From positions 6,336,001-6,400,000 of the forward strand of contig OZ220744.1 in the NCBI GenBank assembly GCA_965116925.1: a stretch of DNA of 64,000 nt, read 5' to 3'. Positions 27,968 through 37,975 of the stretch are shown one piece after another (within the stretch, counting starts at the first letter, position 1; every line of letters begins with the position of its first letter). The position numbers were made by a program, and so were the translations under genes. The notes beneath the pieces are model-generated. The model made no database searches, had not been told where the DNA came from, and saw only the letters and a list, made by a program, of their open reading frames with translations. The DNA comes from Candidatus Poribacteria bacterium (GTDB lineage: Bacteria > Poribacteria > WGA-4E > PCPOR2b).

Positions 27968-28774
27968 ATGATTATCGAATGGAATACCCACATTTTTAGT
28001 CCAGATTTGCAACGGTATCCGTTTCATGAGAGGGCATCTTACACGCCCGATGCCTCTAGCCAACCGGCGGATCCGCTGGGGGCATATCTGGCGCAGATGG
28101 ATCAACACGGCATTGACCGTGCGGTGTTGGTGCATCCGGAGCCTTATGGGGATGATCACCGGCTTGTTCTGGACTGCTTGGAACAGGAACGGGAACGTGT
28201 CAAGGGCACATGCCTGTTCTACCCAAGGGATCCGGACGCGCCTCGCAAGATGGAGGAGTTGGTGGCGCGGCAGCCCCGGATTATCGCAACGCGATTCCAC
28301 GCCCATCGCGGCAAGGAGACGTATCTGGATAGCCTGACTAGTCCCGAAGTGCGGCGGATCTGGGAGAAGGCGTTGGACTTGGATCTAATCATCGAGCTGC
28401 ATATCGGACCGGACCATGCACAGGGGGCGGCGGAGATGTTGCGTGATTACCCGGAATCCACAGTGTTGATTGACCATTTGGCGGAGCCGCACATGGGGGA
28501 TGCGGTGGAGTTTGCACATGTTCTGGATTTGGCGGATTTCGATGCCGTGTATATGAAGCTTTCGGGTCTCAATCATTTTGCTACGGATGCGCCGCTCTAC
28601 TTGAGCGCTCGCTCGTTTACCCGTCGTGTCATCGAAGCGTTTGGGCCGGATCAGATGGTCTGGGGCAGCGGCACACCCGATATAGTGGATGCACATCTAG
28701 CGGAATATACAGAGGCGGACCGGCAGAAGGTGAAAGGGGAAAATCTGGCGAGACTGTTGGGCTGGGAAGCGTGA
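27968..28774 (+). CDS. Amidohydrolase_2 family protein (lactonase-like)
   Basis: THIF..RYPF, GIDRAVLVHP..YGDD, LIDHLA, MKLSG and FGPDQMVWGS motifs. ATG follows AGGAG. Confidence 0.85.
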   Translation: MIIEWNTHIFSPDLQRYPFHERASYTPDASSQPADPLGAYLAQMDQHGIDRAVLVHPEPYGDDHRLVLDCLEQERERVKGTCLFYPRDPDAPRKMEELVARQPRIIATRFHAHRGKETYLDSLTSPEVRRIWEKALDLDLIIELHIGPDHAQGAAEMLRDYPESTVLIDHLAEPHMGDAVEFAHVLDLADFDAVYMKLSGLNHFATDAPLYLSARSFTRRVIEAFGPDQMVWGSGTPDIVDAHLAEYTEADRQKVKGENLARLLGWEA

Positions 28775-28950
28775 AACGTAAAACGTGAAACGTGAAGAAT
28801 AATGCGTAATACGTGATGTGTAAGAAAAACACCGCGTAGGCGCAGCGGGCACAGAGAAGGAGAAAACGGGAAGATAGGAAGGTGGGAGAACGAGAAGGGG
28901 AGAACAGGGGAAAGCGGGAAGGGTTCATTGGTTCATTAGTTCAGTTCATA
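28770..28950. repeat. Short tandem repeat tract (7-mer (A/G)CGT(G/A)AA, purine-rich GGGAGAA-like, GGTTCATT 8-mer)
   Basis: GCGTGAAACGTAAAACGTGAAACGTGAA. Related units occur at about 48865-48912, 55459-55506 and 58281-58323. Confidence 0.7.
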
Positions 28951-29124
28951 GGTTATGGAACCCTGATTACATTGAGGACAGTTTCTACGTCCCGATCACA
29001 GATTAGGAAATCTGTGGCTACGAAGGGGTATTTCCGGCATAGGGATCCCCGATAGGATCGGAATTCAAAGCAATATGCCTACTACTAGCAACCTAGGTTA
29101 GAATAAGGAGAGAGAGGATTTCTG

Positions 29125-29883
29125 ATGGAACGTTTTCCTATTTTTGAATCATACGAATTTGGTGAGGAGCAGAAGGCAGAGATGGACAAGGTCGGGCATT
29201 TCGTTCTCCCCGGTATCTTGACGTCGAGGGCGTGTGAACGATTGACCGAATCGCTGTCGTACATTCAATCGCTTGTTCCGAATGCGACTGAAGGACATGA
29301 GCCGAATCGGTTTGCTGCGGAATACGACGTATTCTTGGAGAGCTTGATTGGTCACCCGCAGATGGTCACGCTCGCCCGACAAGTACTTGGGGCTGACATC
29401 CGCTACGATCACTGTGTTACGCTCAACCGACCGGGTGGCAATCAAGGGACTCGTTGGCATAGTCACGAGTACTCGGACGACGATCCGAGTCTAGGCTTCA
29501 TACGCATCTTCTTTTACGTCAATGGTTTTGATGTTGATGACGGTGGGTTGAAGGCTGTTCCGGGGAGTCATCTGTATCGGGATCCGAAGATCCATTTCCA
29601 GACGGATGAGGAGCTGCTATCAGGATGGATGGCGGGCAAAGAACACCCGCTTACCGGTGGATCGTTAGAGATAGAAGACCTATCTGTTCCTGATGGCACG
29701 GTGGCGTTGATGTGGACACACGCGGCACACGCCGTCAGTCCGAGGCAACCCAATAGTAAGACGCGATGGACGGTGGTCTATGCCTACCGTAACCCCGGCA
29801 GACCCTCTGCTGCGCGTTGGATTAGTGAGGAGTTTGAGCGTAAGGCTATTGATGGGGCGGAAGGATTGATGGGTCTTTATTAA
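29125..29883 (+). CDS. PhyH-family dioxygenase (H-x-H variant)
   Basis: GHFVLPGIL, WHSH, GGLKAVPGSH and AH..SP..R motifs. Confidence 0.85.
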   Translation: MERFPIFESYEFGEEQKAEMDKVGHFVLPGILTSRACERLTESLSYIQSLVPNATEGHEPNRFAAEYDVFLESLIGHPQMVTLARQVLGADIRYDHCVTLNRPGGNQGTRWHSHEYSDDDPSLGFIRIFFYVNGFDVDDGGLKAVPGSHLYRDPKIHFQTDEELLSGWMAGKEHPLTGGSLEIEDLSVPDGTVALMWTHAAHAVSPRQPNSKTRWTVVYAYRNPGRPSAARWISEEFERKAIDGAEGLMGLY

Positions 29884-29890
29884 TGAGGAA

Positions 29891-29917
29891 TAGGGAACGC
29901 AGATCTGCGTTCCCTAC
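29891..29917. repeat. REP-like perfect palindrome
   Basis: TAGGGAACGCAGATCTGCGTTCCCTAC, identical at 63499-63525. Confidence 0.8.
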
Positions 29918-30010
29918 GAAACGGTGTTGAGATTCACATCTTGACATAAGAATGTCGATTTTGGAAAATCGACCTACAGAAGTCCGAAATTGTTTTGAGT
30001 GTATCAAGAT

Positions 30011-30113
30011 TATAGTAGATTTTAGAATTAATGGGACACGCCAAACCGGTGCGGTTACAAACCGCACCTACCGGGGGGGCGCAAGTATTTCTTTATTTTT
30101 TTAATTCACTATA
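30011..30113. mobile_element. MITE family A copy
   Basis: TATAGTAGATTTTAGAATTAA ... TTCACTATA. Cargo GCGGTTACAAACCGCACCTAC is almost identical to that of 15142-15242. Confidence 0.75.
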
Positions 30114-30122
30114 GTTAAAGCA

Positions 30123-30503
30123 TCAAATCTCGGCATAGACTTCGAGCATATTTCCTTCAGGATCAGCAAAGTAGACCGTTCGGTGCCCCCTCGGCTGGTC
30201 GGTAGGTGGCTCAAGGATTTTCACGCCTTTGGCGACGAGTTGGTTGTAGCACAGATCTACTTCGGACGGTGATACTAGAAAGGCGAGCTGCACGCCGGGT
30301 AGATCTGGACGAACACCGTTCCCGTCGTAATATCGGGTGCGTTTGCGCAGCGAAAGCAGCACATCGCCTGCACGGAATGTCAAGCCTGTCTCAGACTCAG
30401 AGGCCACCGGAAAGGGGAACAGATCGCGGTAGAACGCTTTCATTGTTGCTAAGTCGTCACAGAGAATGATTGCGTAGTTGAGTTGTTTAACGGGGGTAAG
30501 CAC
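30123..30503 (-). CDS. VOC/glyoxalase family protein
   Basis: DL..MKAFYRD...GHRTVYFADPEGNMLEV. Confidence 0.9.
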   Translation of the reverse strand: MLTPVKQLNYAIILCDDLATMKAFYRDLFPFPVASESETGLTFRAGDVLLSLRKRTRYYDGNGVRPDLPGVQLAFLVSPSEVDLCYNQLVAKGVKILEPPTDQPRGHRTVYFADPEGNMLEVYAEI

Positions 30504-30519
30504 GGTTGAATCCTCGATT

Positions 30520-30627
30520 TATAGTAGATCTCAGAATTAATGAAACACTCCAAATCGGCGCAGTTGGAAACAGCGCCTACCAAACATGGGGAGCGAAAGT
30601 GTCTATTTATCTTTTGAATTCACTATA
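30520..30627. mobile_element. MITE family A copy
   Basis: TATAGTAGATCTCAGAATTAA ... TGAATTCACTATA, with cargo GCGCAGTTGGAAACAGCGCCTAC. Confidence 0.75.
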
Positions 30628-30651
30628 AGATAACGATGTAGGAAAGATTGA

Positions 30652-30737
30652 CGCTTATGTTAAGAAATCGTGCAAAGAAACCGAGCTTTGAGGAAAAAAC
30701 TCGGTTTCTGCTCGCACCCTTTCTTTTTGCATGAACC
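30652..30737. mobile_element. MITE family B copy with 8-bp target duplication AAGATTGA
   Basis: AAGATTGA at 30644-30651 and 30738-30745; internal AGAAACCGAG...CTCGGTTTCT hairpin. Confidence 0.85.
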
Positions 30738-30769
30738 AAGATTGAAATTGAGAAACGCCTTGAAGTTCC

Positions 30770-32839
30770 TCAAAACAGAAAGCCGGACTCAAAGAGGTAG
30801 GACATCTTGGTAAGTACCGCCCGCTCGCCGTCGGTGCTGTCGGCGAACACAAGGAAGAAGCGGCTCTCTGGGGTGAAGCGGTAATCAAAAACGGAATTGA
30901 AATTGTACTTTACTTCGTGAGACATGCGCTCGTCTACCCGCTCTGCAAAGATTCGCCAACCCATTCGTCGGGTGAATTGGTAGGTGGTATTCACCCCGAC
31001 GATGAGTGTATTGCGATGTTCGCGCCAGAAGAAATTACTTCCGTTCAGGCTGAAGCTGAGTTTGCCAAAGAGGTTGACAGTGGTGGAGAACCGCGTGTAT
31101 CGACTATACTTGTTTTGCCGCGGTCCGAACCGATTGTACAGCGATAAGCGTCCCCATTTGGGCCGGTAGCTAATATTTGTGCCGATATATTCTCTATCGT
31201 AAAGTGCTCCGCCCTCGCGTCGCGTACCGCTTCCAACGAAGGTATATAGATCAAACTTGCCGATATCAACTCCGCCAGATAGCCCGATACGCCGATCCCA
31301 TAACAGGTGTTGTCCGTTGAGTTTATAAAGGTGGTAACCGCTTACGTAGTATCCGCGGACGAGGTTGTCTTTGTCGAATCGATGTCTATATCGCAAGCGG
31401 CCGAATGTCTTGCGGAACGCCTCATCTTCCAACCCCATCTCATTTGGACGAAAACCTTCTGGCATATCTTCGACGCGGGCTTCGGCACCCAAACCGCTCT
31501 CATGATCCCAGCTCATAGAGGCGTGAAACGCTGAGTGCATCTCACCGTGGATCCAATCGGTCACATATTGACCGCGAGCGGTCACGTCACGGTGGAGTGC
31601 GAACCGACCATCTAACGAAAGCAAGGTAACATCTCGGTCTTCCTGATGTTTCTGCAAACCCATTGCACCAATCACTGTGCGCTGACCAACGTTTCGGCTG
31701 ACTCGCGTTGCAAGGAGGTTTGCTTGTTTCTTCTGATCGTCATCGTAGCGGTCAACCATCGTTCCATAGGTATCGATGAAGGCGAAATTATAGTTCCCAA
31801 CCTTCCCCGTTGATTTGACACCGTAGTCGATGTCCTGAACTCGACGGCTATAAAATAGGTCAAGTGGTAGTTCAAACAACTCCGACCCTTCGCGGAAGAA
31901 GGGGCGGCGTTCCGGTAGAGACATCTCTCGATCGCTTGAGACGCTGATGCGCGTAGAATCGCTCTCCAGTTGTGAGAAGTCAGGGTTAAAAGTCAGGTTT
32001 GTGGTAATGTTCGTCGAGAACGGGATAGCAACGTCTAAACCAGCATTCATATCAATTGACTCGCCTTCTATCGAGCGTTGGGTGACGTAAGGCAGAATAT
32101 CAATCTTTCGATTCGCATTCACTTTGTTGAGTTCGAGGTCTGCCAGCTGACCGAACTCCGAAACCCGACTAAAGTCGTCTCCGGTATCCGCCCACGTATA
32201 ACGGGTCCCTTCCATCGGATGTGGTCGCGCAAAGTTAATGCCCCACGTCGTTGTTTCGGGATCGAAGCGGAGTTCACTGAAAGGTATTGCCATTTCTGCT
32301 GTCCAGTGGTTTCCATTCTTCTGGACCTTTGCCTCCCAGTTCGCATCCCATGCTTGGTCAAAGTTACTCTCGTTGCTGATTTTTGCATCCATCTGGGTTC
32401 CTAGCGTGTTGACCGCCAGCACATAGCAGTTACGTTGATCGTGATAGGTATCAAGCAGTACCTGCACCGTATCGTCCTGCCAGACAGCGGAATCGCGGCG
32501 CGTTTGTGTCTCGCGCAACGCCTCCATATTCGGCTCCTCGCAACGCAAGCCAACATAAAGCGTACTTTCATCATACAGGACCATTGCCTTAGTGCCCAAC
32601 TCTGCGGGGACTCCGTGTGAACCTTCTACGCGATAAAAATTGTCCGCGATCTCGGCTTCCTCCCAGACGCCATCACAGAGATCTCCGTCAATAACAGGCG
32701 GCGTATCGAGCCATTTGGCTTTGATAACACGACCGGAACTTTGACTATCAGCAAAAACTGACGACCCTAAACATACTGTTGTGATTAGAATCGCCAAGGT
32801 TATCCATCGTTGTCGTTGAACATTTATCCACATTATCAC
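30770..32839 (-). CDS. CBM9-like + DUF5916 outer-membrane protein
   Basis: Signal peptide, PPVIDGDL, LDTYHD, WTAEMAIPFSEL and NPDFSQLE..LPERRPFF.EG..LFYSRR motifs; C-terminal Phe. Confidence 0.8.
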   Translation of the reverse strand: MIMWINVQRQRWITLAILITTVCLGSSVFADSQSSGRVIKAKWLDTPPVIDGDLCDGVWEEAEIADNFYRVEGSHGVPAELGTKAMVLYDESTLYVGLRCEEPNMEALRETQTRRDSAVWQDDTVQVLLDTYHDQRNCYVLAVNTLGTQMDAKISNESNFDQAWDANWEAKVQKNGNHWTAEMAIPFSELRFDPETTTWGINFARPHPMEGTRYTWADTGDDFSRVSEFGQLADLELNKVNANRKIDILPYVTQRSIEGESIDMNAGLDVAIPFSTNITTNLTFNPDFSQLESDSTRISVSSDREMSLPERRPFFREGSELFELPLDLFYSRRVQDIDYGVKSTGKVGNYNFAFIDTYGTMVDRYDDDQKKQANLLATRVSRNVGQRTVIGAMGLQKHQEDRDVTLLSLDGRFALHRDVTARGQYVTDWIHGEMHSAFHASMSWDHESGLGAEARVEDMPEGFRPNEMGLEDEAFRKTFGRLRYRHRFDKDNLVRGYYVSGYHLYKLNGQHLLWDRRIGLSGGVDIGKFDLYTFVGSGTRREGGALYDREYIGTNISYRPKWGRLSLYNRFGPRQNKYSRYTRFSTTVNLFGKLSFSLNGSNFFWREHRNTLIVGVNTTYQFTRRMGWRIFAERVDERMSHEVKYNFNSVFDYRFTPESRFFLVFADSTDGERAVLTKMSYLFESGFLF

Positions 32840-32841
32840 TA

Positions 32842-35157
32842 CTATCTCCTATCTATTTGCCAAGAAGAATCGTCAATCGAATCTGTTTTTTTGAACTGTT
32901 TACGATACATATCTGCGTACATCCCATCAGCGTCTAACAACTGCTCATGGGTGCCAATCTCAACAATCTTACCCTCTTTCAGCGCAACAATCATATCCGC
33001 ATTCAGAATGGTTGAAAGTCGATGTGCGATGACAAATGAGGTTCTGGATTGCATCAACCGATCCAGTGCCTCTTGAATCTGTGATTCAGATTCCGTATCC
33101 AAATTGGAGGTCGCTTCGTCCAGAATCAGGATGCGCGGGTCTCGTAAGATGGTGCGTGCAATGGCGATGCGCTGTTTTTGCCCGCCAGAGAGACGCATCC
33201 CGCGTTCCCCGACCTCTGTCTCGTACCCCTCCGGCAACTGATCGACAATAAACTGATGTGCGTTGGCGGCGAGGGCGGCTTGCACCACCTCCTCGTCCGT
33301 GGCGCCGAGTTTGCCGAATCGTATGTTCTCAGCAACCGAACCCGCGAACAGGAAATTATCCTGCAACACAATTCCCATCTGATTTCGCAGCGACTTAATC
33401 GAAACGTCACGGAGGTTATGCTCATCTAGGAAGATATTCCCCTCTACTGGATCGTAAAATCTGGAAATCAGGTTTGCAATGGTGGTTTTTCCACACCCTG
33501 ATGGTCCCACCAGTGCCACCATCATCCCCGGCTTAGCTTCAAGGTTGATATTGTGCAGAACCGGGTTCTCTGGTTCGTAATGGAAGAAAACGTCTTCAAA
33601 CTTGACATGGCCGCGAATGTTGGTAAGGTTTATCGCGTCGGGCGATTCTTCAACGGTCGGCTCCGAATCGAGCAGGCCGAAAACGCGTTCAGCTGAAATC
33701 ATCGCCTCTTGAATCTGTGTGTTGACCCGAATCAGGTTCATAATTGGCTCTTGGAGGCGTTCCATAAATTGATAGAAAACGAGCATAGACCCGATGGTAA
33801 AGTCGCCCTGAATGACTAAGTATCCCCCATAACAGAGGACGGCAGCCCTGCCGATTGACCGGAAGAAGAGTGCAACACGGCCCATCGCTGTTTGGGTTGC
33901 CATGATTTTGATTCTCGATTCAAGGGTCTCGCGCATATTATGGAACAGCTGTCGCTCATGGTAACGTTCCCGATGAAAAGCCTTGACAACCTTTGCTCCC
34001 GCGACCGCCTCGTACATCCCTGTTGCAATATCCGCCCATTTGTGCCGCCATTGGCGCCACATCGGACGCAATCGTTGGATGAAGATGTGATAGTTCCCGA
34101 TAATCAGTGGGAAGATCAACAAGGAGAAGAGGGTCAGCTTCCAATCCAAGTACAGCATAATGCCCAGCATGAGTATGAAAGTGACCGCATCGGTTACGAT
34201 CCGAATGGTTGTTTCGGTGGCGAGGTTCCGCAGCGAAGCGACATCCTCCCTGACCCGTGAGATGATCTGTCCCGTCCCTTGGGATTCATAGAAGCCCATC
34301 GACAGGGACTGTAGGTGAGAGAACACCTTATTTCTCAAGTCAAACAGGATGCGTTGACTGACCCATGTCATGACGTAGGTGCAGAAGTAGGACAGGACGC
34401 CGAAAATCGCATAGTAGACAATAATGGTGCAAAGGATAATAATCAACCAATCGATCAACGTATAATGAAACTCACGCCCTAGCAAGGTGTGTGTGACCGT
34501 CGCGGCGTAAACTTTGATTTCACCTTCGGCGGCGTACAGCTTACCGTTTTCTTTCCAGATCGTATGCTGTTTTCCGGTTGCCCTATCAATAACGAGCCAG
34601 TGGCTGCCTGCCTCTTCAACCGAGACAATTGTCTTTGAAGATAGCAGAATTTTCCGATCCTCGAACGCTTTATGCAACTTTTTAGAGGCTTCCTCGACCT
34701 CCTTGCGCAAAGGATCCGGCATCCTTTGAAGTTCCGCTACATCGGTCACTGCCTCAAGTTTTTCTAAATATTGGTTCTTCTGGAAATCTGAATCAAGCCG
34801 AAATACCTTGTGATTGATGCGGTATTTCTGCCCTGTTTCCGTATCGTCGATCCTCCATTTTTCTCCCTGATTTTCAATCGAGACGACCGTGCTTGAGGAG
34901 AGTAAGATCCCGTGGCTATCAAGCTGCTCCCTCAACGCGTTAGAAAGCGTTGCCTGATTGTCTAGATCATCCCGAAACGCCAAATCAATGCTTGCCAGCG
35001 GTGCATTAGCGGACTCCAAAACTGTATCAATAAGGAATTTCTGGACAAGCGGCATGAATAGCGGCGACTGCCCGACAAGCACGACCAAGAAAAAGCCGAG
35101 GATCAGCTTGGGTATATAAGGCTTCGCGTATGCAAATAATCTGAAAAACTGTTTCAT
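32842..35157 (-). CDS. ABC exporter (TMD + NBD) with a large insertion in the first extracytoplasmic loop
   Basis: GPSGCGKT, LSGGQKQR, ILDEATS and IAHRLST motifs; about 170 extra residues after TM1. Confidence 0.92.
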   Translation of the reverse strand: MKQFFRLFAYAKPYIPKLILGFFLVVLVGQSPLFMPLVQKFLIDTVLESANAPLASIDLAFRDDLDNQATLSNALREQLDSHGILLSSSTVVSIENQGEKWRIDDTETGQKYRINHKVFRLDSDFQKNQYLEKLEAVTDVAELQRMPDPLRKEVEEASKKLHKAFEDRKILLSSKTIVSVEEAGSHWLVIDRATGKQHTIWKENGKLYAAEGEIKVYAATVTHTLLGREFHYTLIDWLIIILCTIIVYYAIFGVLSYFCTYVMTWVSQRILFDLRNKVFSHLQSLSMGFYESQGTGQIISRVREDVASLRNLATETTIRIVTDAVTFILMLGIMLYLDWKLTLFSLLIFPLIIGNYHIFIQRLRPMWRQWRHKWADIATGMYEAVAGAKVVKAFHRERYHERQLFHNMRETLESRIKIMATQTAMGRVALFFRSIGRAAVLCYGGYLVIQGDFTIGSMLVFYQFMERLQEPIMNLIRVNTQIQEAMISAERVFGLLDSEPTVEESPDAINLTNIRGHVKFEDVFFHYEPENPVLHNINLEAKPGMMVALVGPSGCGKTTIANLISRFYDPVEGNIFLDEHNLRDVSIKSLRNQMGIVLQDNFLFAGSVAENIRFGKLGATDEEVVQAALAANAHQFIVDQLPEGYETEVGERGMRLSGGQKQRIAIARTILRDPRILILDEATSNLDTESESQIQEALDRLMQSRTSFVIAHRLSTILNADMIVALKEGKIVEIGTHEQLLDADGMYADMYRKQFKKTDSIDDSSWQIDRR

Positions 35158-35192
35158 CGTGGACCTCCATGGCCCTACAATTCAGTCACCGC

Positions 35193-36281
35193 TTACATTT
35201 TAGTCTTTTCACTAGTTTGAAGCACATTCCGAATTTCTCTGGTTGCCTTTGTCTCCGCTACGACAGTTTTTTGGAGTACTTTAATCGCCGCACGGCATTT
35301 CGGTTTGAAGTGACTCATCGCTTCTTTCGGGGTCAGTGCCCCTTGATTAGCGTGCCTCCACAAGCCAATCCGAGAGAGTCCCAAGCCGAGTCGGACTTTC
35401 GCCTTGTCATCCGTCGAAGCATCTTCGTGCGCTTCAAGTGAAGGCAGTACCCTCTGGACAGCTTTGAGCAATCCTACAACCTTCTGGTACTCAGCAATCG
35501 CTTCATCCAGATGCTCTACTTCCTCATCTTCAAAGTATTCTCTGATCATCTGTAGATAGTCCACGGCTGCTGTCCGGGCTTCAATAAATTTTGTTAGTGG
35601 TTGTCCGCTCCACTTCATGACTTTAGAAACGTTATGCTCGGTCAGCTTTCTTCTTCGACTCAGCAGACCGCTCAGGTGTGCGATCAGTTCGTCATAAGCT
35701 GCGAGGCCGATTGCACAACCGTGAATCTTTCGGCGGGTCTCTGCCATTTTTCTTGCAACGCGCAAGGTGCCTAGGGCTGCGTCACGCTCCTTGGGTTCGC
35801 GTTCACGCTCACCGATCACAAATTGGTAGTAACCGTGAGGTCCCAGTTCAAGAAAACCGCCGCTCGGCTGCCACTCTTTGTGGAGTTCTGCGGTTTTGAT
35901 CTGATACCGAGAGCCGTTTTGGCAGATAAGAGTTTCGGGGCCGTTATCCTGGGTCAGGAATGGGCAAGAATCGTCAAACGGTAGTAATGTTGGCTTTCCG
36001 GCACTCGTATTTTCTTGGAGCCGCTCTGATGCAGCCTCATAGGTGTCATCGTATGAGACTTCAAAGCTATAGCCGAGCGTCCGGCAGGTTGCACGCAGTG
36101 GGTTGTGAAAGAAGGTATTCATCCCTGCTTCAGGGTCAGTGCGGTTGTAAAAGAAACGGAAGGCTTCACCGGACGCACCCATCAGATAGGTGTATGAAAC
36201 ATCTTCCTTGCGGTACTTCAAGGCTTCTTGGACAGTGTGGATGTAGTCTATAGGTCGTGCTAGGGGCATTGGTTGATTCAT
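35193..36281 (-). CDS. Hypothetical protein (YxYLMGxSGxAFRF family)
   Basis: Long ORF co-oriented with the downstream ABC exporter. Start MNQPM follows GGGAG. Confidence 0.7.
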   Translation of the reverse strand: MNQPMPLARPIDYIHTVQEALKYRKEDVSYTYLMGASGEAFRFFYNRTDPEAGMNTFFHNPLRATCRTLGYSFEVSYDDTYEAASERLQENTSAGKPTLLPFDDSCPFLTQDNGPETLICQNGSRYQIKTAELHKEWQPSGGFLELGPHGYYQFVIGEREREPKERDAALGTLRVARKMAETRRKIHGCAIGLAAYDELIAHLSGLLSRRRKLTEHNVSKVMKWSGQPLTKFIEARTAAVDYLQMIREYFEDEEVEHLDEAIAEYQKVVGLLKAVQRVLPSLEAHEDASTDDKAKVRLGLGLSRIGLWRHANQGALTPKEAMSHFKPKCRAAIKVLQKTVVAETKATREIRNVLQTSEKTKM

Positions 36282-36633
36282 TGTTACTTCTCCCGGCTTT
36301 TTCAGCCTTTGTTGTTGGGTTTTTGCCAACATAGAATGATGGAGTGGAGTAAAATAGCCTCCACCATAGCGATACAGAGTGGCTGTTGTGCATAAATTGT
36401 GCCAACTTTACCTCCAAGCCCATAAATGGGGCTAAACCCTTGCTATGACTGAATTTTCAAGGAGAGGGTGTGGGCCCGAAGGAATATTTGAATCGTTACA
36501 AAATGTGACAGTCAAGGGAGATTATTTGGAGAAAAAGGTGGGCTGCAGCGCATCAGCACTGACTTTGGGCTTGATGTGTTACATTTTGCAACACGATACA
36601 TTTTGCAACAGGGTAATATGAAACGTGGAGGCA

Positions 36634-36756
36634 TAGGGTCATTTAATTCTTCCGTAGCTCGATATCTTGGTTAACGCAACGGCGGGGCAAGATGCCCCGC
36701 CTACGGGTTCAGGTCGTTCCAAAATCAGTCAAAAAACCAAAAACTAAATGCCCCTA
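36634..36756. mobile_element. MITE family C copy with perfect 9-bp target duplication GTGGAGGCA
   Basis: TAGGGTCATTTA ... TAAATGCCCCTA ends; GTGGAGGCA at 36625-36633 and 36757-36765. Confidence 0.87.
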
Positions 36757-36840
36757 GTGGAGGCATTTTTCCTATTGTCAATCATTGATGGGAGGTGTTA
36801 AAATATCTCTGAATATAGAAAAACGCTTAATTTTAGTTTT

Positions 36841-37842
36841 TTGAAGGGAAACATGCAGGTGGATATGAACCGATCCAAACTTGTTGTCGGCTCATTGATA
36901 GCGGAGCCGGGGCAAAGTGTCGAAGGGCATCTAAAAGTAGGGAATATGCAGGATGGTACGCCTTTCCGGTTGCCGATTGTTTTAATTAATGGTGCACAGG
37001 GTGGGAAAACGCTCTACCTACAAGCAGCGAGCGATGGGGACGAGCTTAATGGGATTGCCGTCATCCATGAGATTTTACGCCAGATTCGCCCCAATAGTCT
37101 GCGCGGTCAGATTATTGCTGTTCCGATTGTGAACTTTCACGCTTTTCACGCCAGACAAGCTCACAGTCCCGTTGATAACATGAAAATGAATCGATGCTTT
37201 CCGGGACGCCCCGACGGCACTTCTAGCGAGCGGATTGCTTACAAGCTCTTTCATACGGTCGTCCGCCAAGTTGATTACTGTATTGACCTGCATCAAGGGG
37301 GTATCCACCCCATGATCGATGAGGTTCGAGTGCGTGTTGACCCAAAACACCCGCAACATGCAGCCTGTCTTGAGTTGGCTCGTATCTTTGGAATGGGTTA
37401 CATCTTTGACCAGAAGGGCCCGAAGGGTCAGCTGGCTCAAGCGGCACCGGAGATTGGTATTCCAACGATAGATCCGGAATTAGGTGGGTGTCACGGTTGG
37501 GACGCTGCTAGCATCGCAAAGGGGGTGCAGGGTGTGTTGAACATCCTTAAGTACTATGACTTTATTGATGGCGAACCGAAACTTCCCCAGCGGCAGGTCA
37601 TTATCAACAAGTTTGTGTCACTTTGTAGTGACCAAGGTGGCTTTGTGTATTACCAAGCGGACCTGTATGATCGGGTTGAAGCGTATCAACCGATTGCAGA
37701 AATTTGCGATGTCTTTGGTCATTTACGGGAAACTATCCGGACGCCTGAAAGTGGCATCTTCTGGTCGCGTCCGGTGTACCCGATGGTTGCTAGCGGCGAG
37801 TTGATTGGGAAGATCGGTATTCCGTCTGACTACATTCAGTAA
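36841..37842 (+). CDS. Succinylglutamate desuccinylase / aspartoacylase (M14) family protein
   Basis: DGDELNG, MNRCFPG..GTSSER, IDLHQG and ELGG motifs. Start uncertain. Confidence 0.88.
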   Translation: MKGNMQVDMNRSKLVVGSLIAEPGQSVEGHLKVGNMQDGTPFRLPIVLINGAQGGKTLYLQAASDGDELNGIAVIHEILRQIRPNSLRGQIIAVPIVNFHAFHARQAHSPVDNMKMNRCFPGRPDGTSSERIAYKLFHTVVRQVDYCIDLHQGGIHPMIDEVRVRVDPKHPQHAACLELARIFGMGYIFDQKGPKGQLAQAAPEIGIPTIDPELGGCHGWDAASIAKGVQGVLNILKYYDFIDGEPKLPQRQVIINKFVSLCSDQGGFVYYQADLYDRVEAYQPIAEICDVFGHLRETIRTPESGIFWSRPVYPMVASGELIGKIGIPSDYIQ

Positions 37843-37975
37843 GAGGAAGAAAACGAGAGAACGCGACGACGAGACAACGAGCAGAATTTAACGCAAAGTC
37901 GCAATGGCGCAAGGGAAACCCGAAAGCGGGAAGACGGGAAAACCGGAAAACGGGACAGTGAATTATCGCGTTTTC

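Noticed and set aside
27702..27971. ORFs over MITE/repeat DNA (27702-27971, 15116-15337, 30655-30888, 56134-56409, 59171-59482, 61753-62022, 62094-62417)
   Set aside because: They translate repeat elements or intergenic DNA and show no protein features.
26888..29124. CRISPR array among the repeated motifs
   Set aside because: No constant-length repeats with regular unique spacers, and no cas genes.
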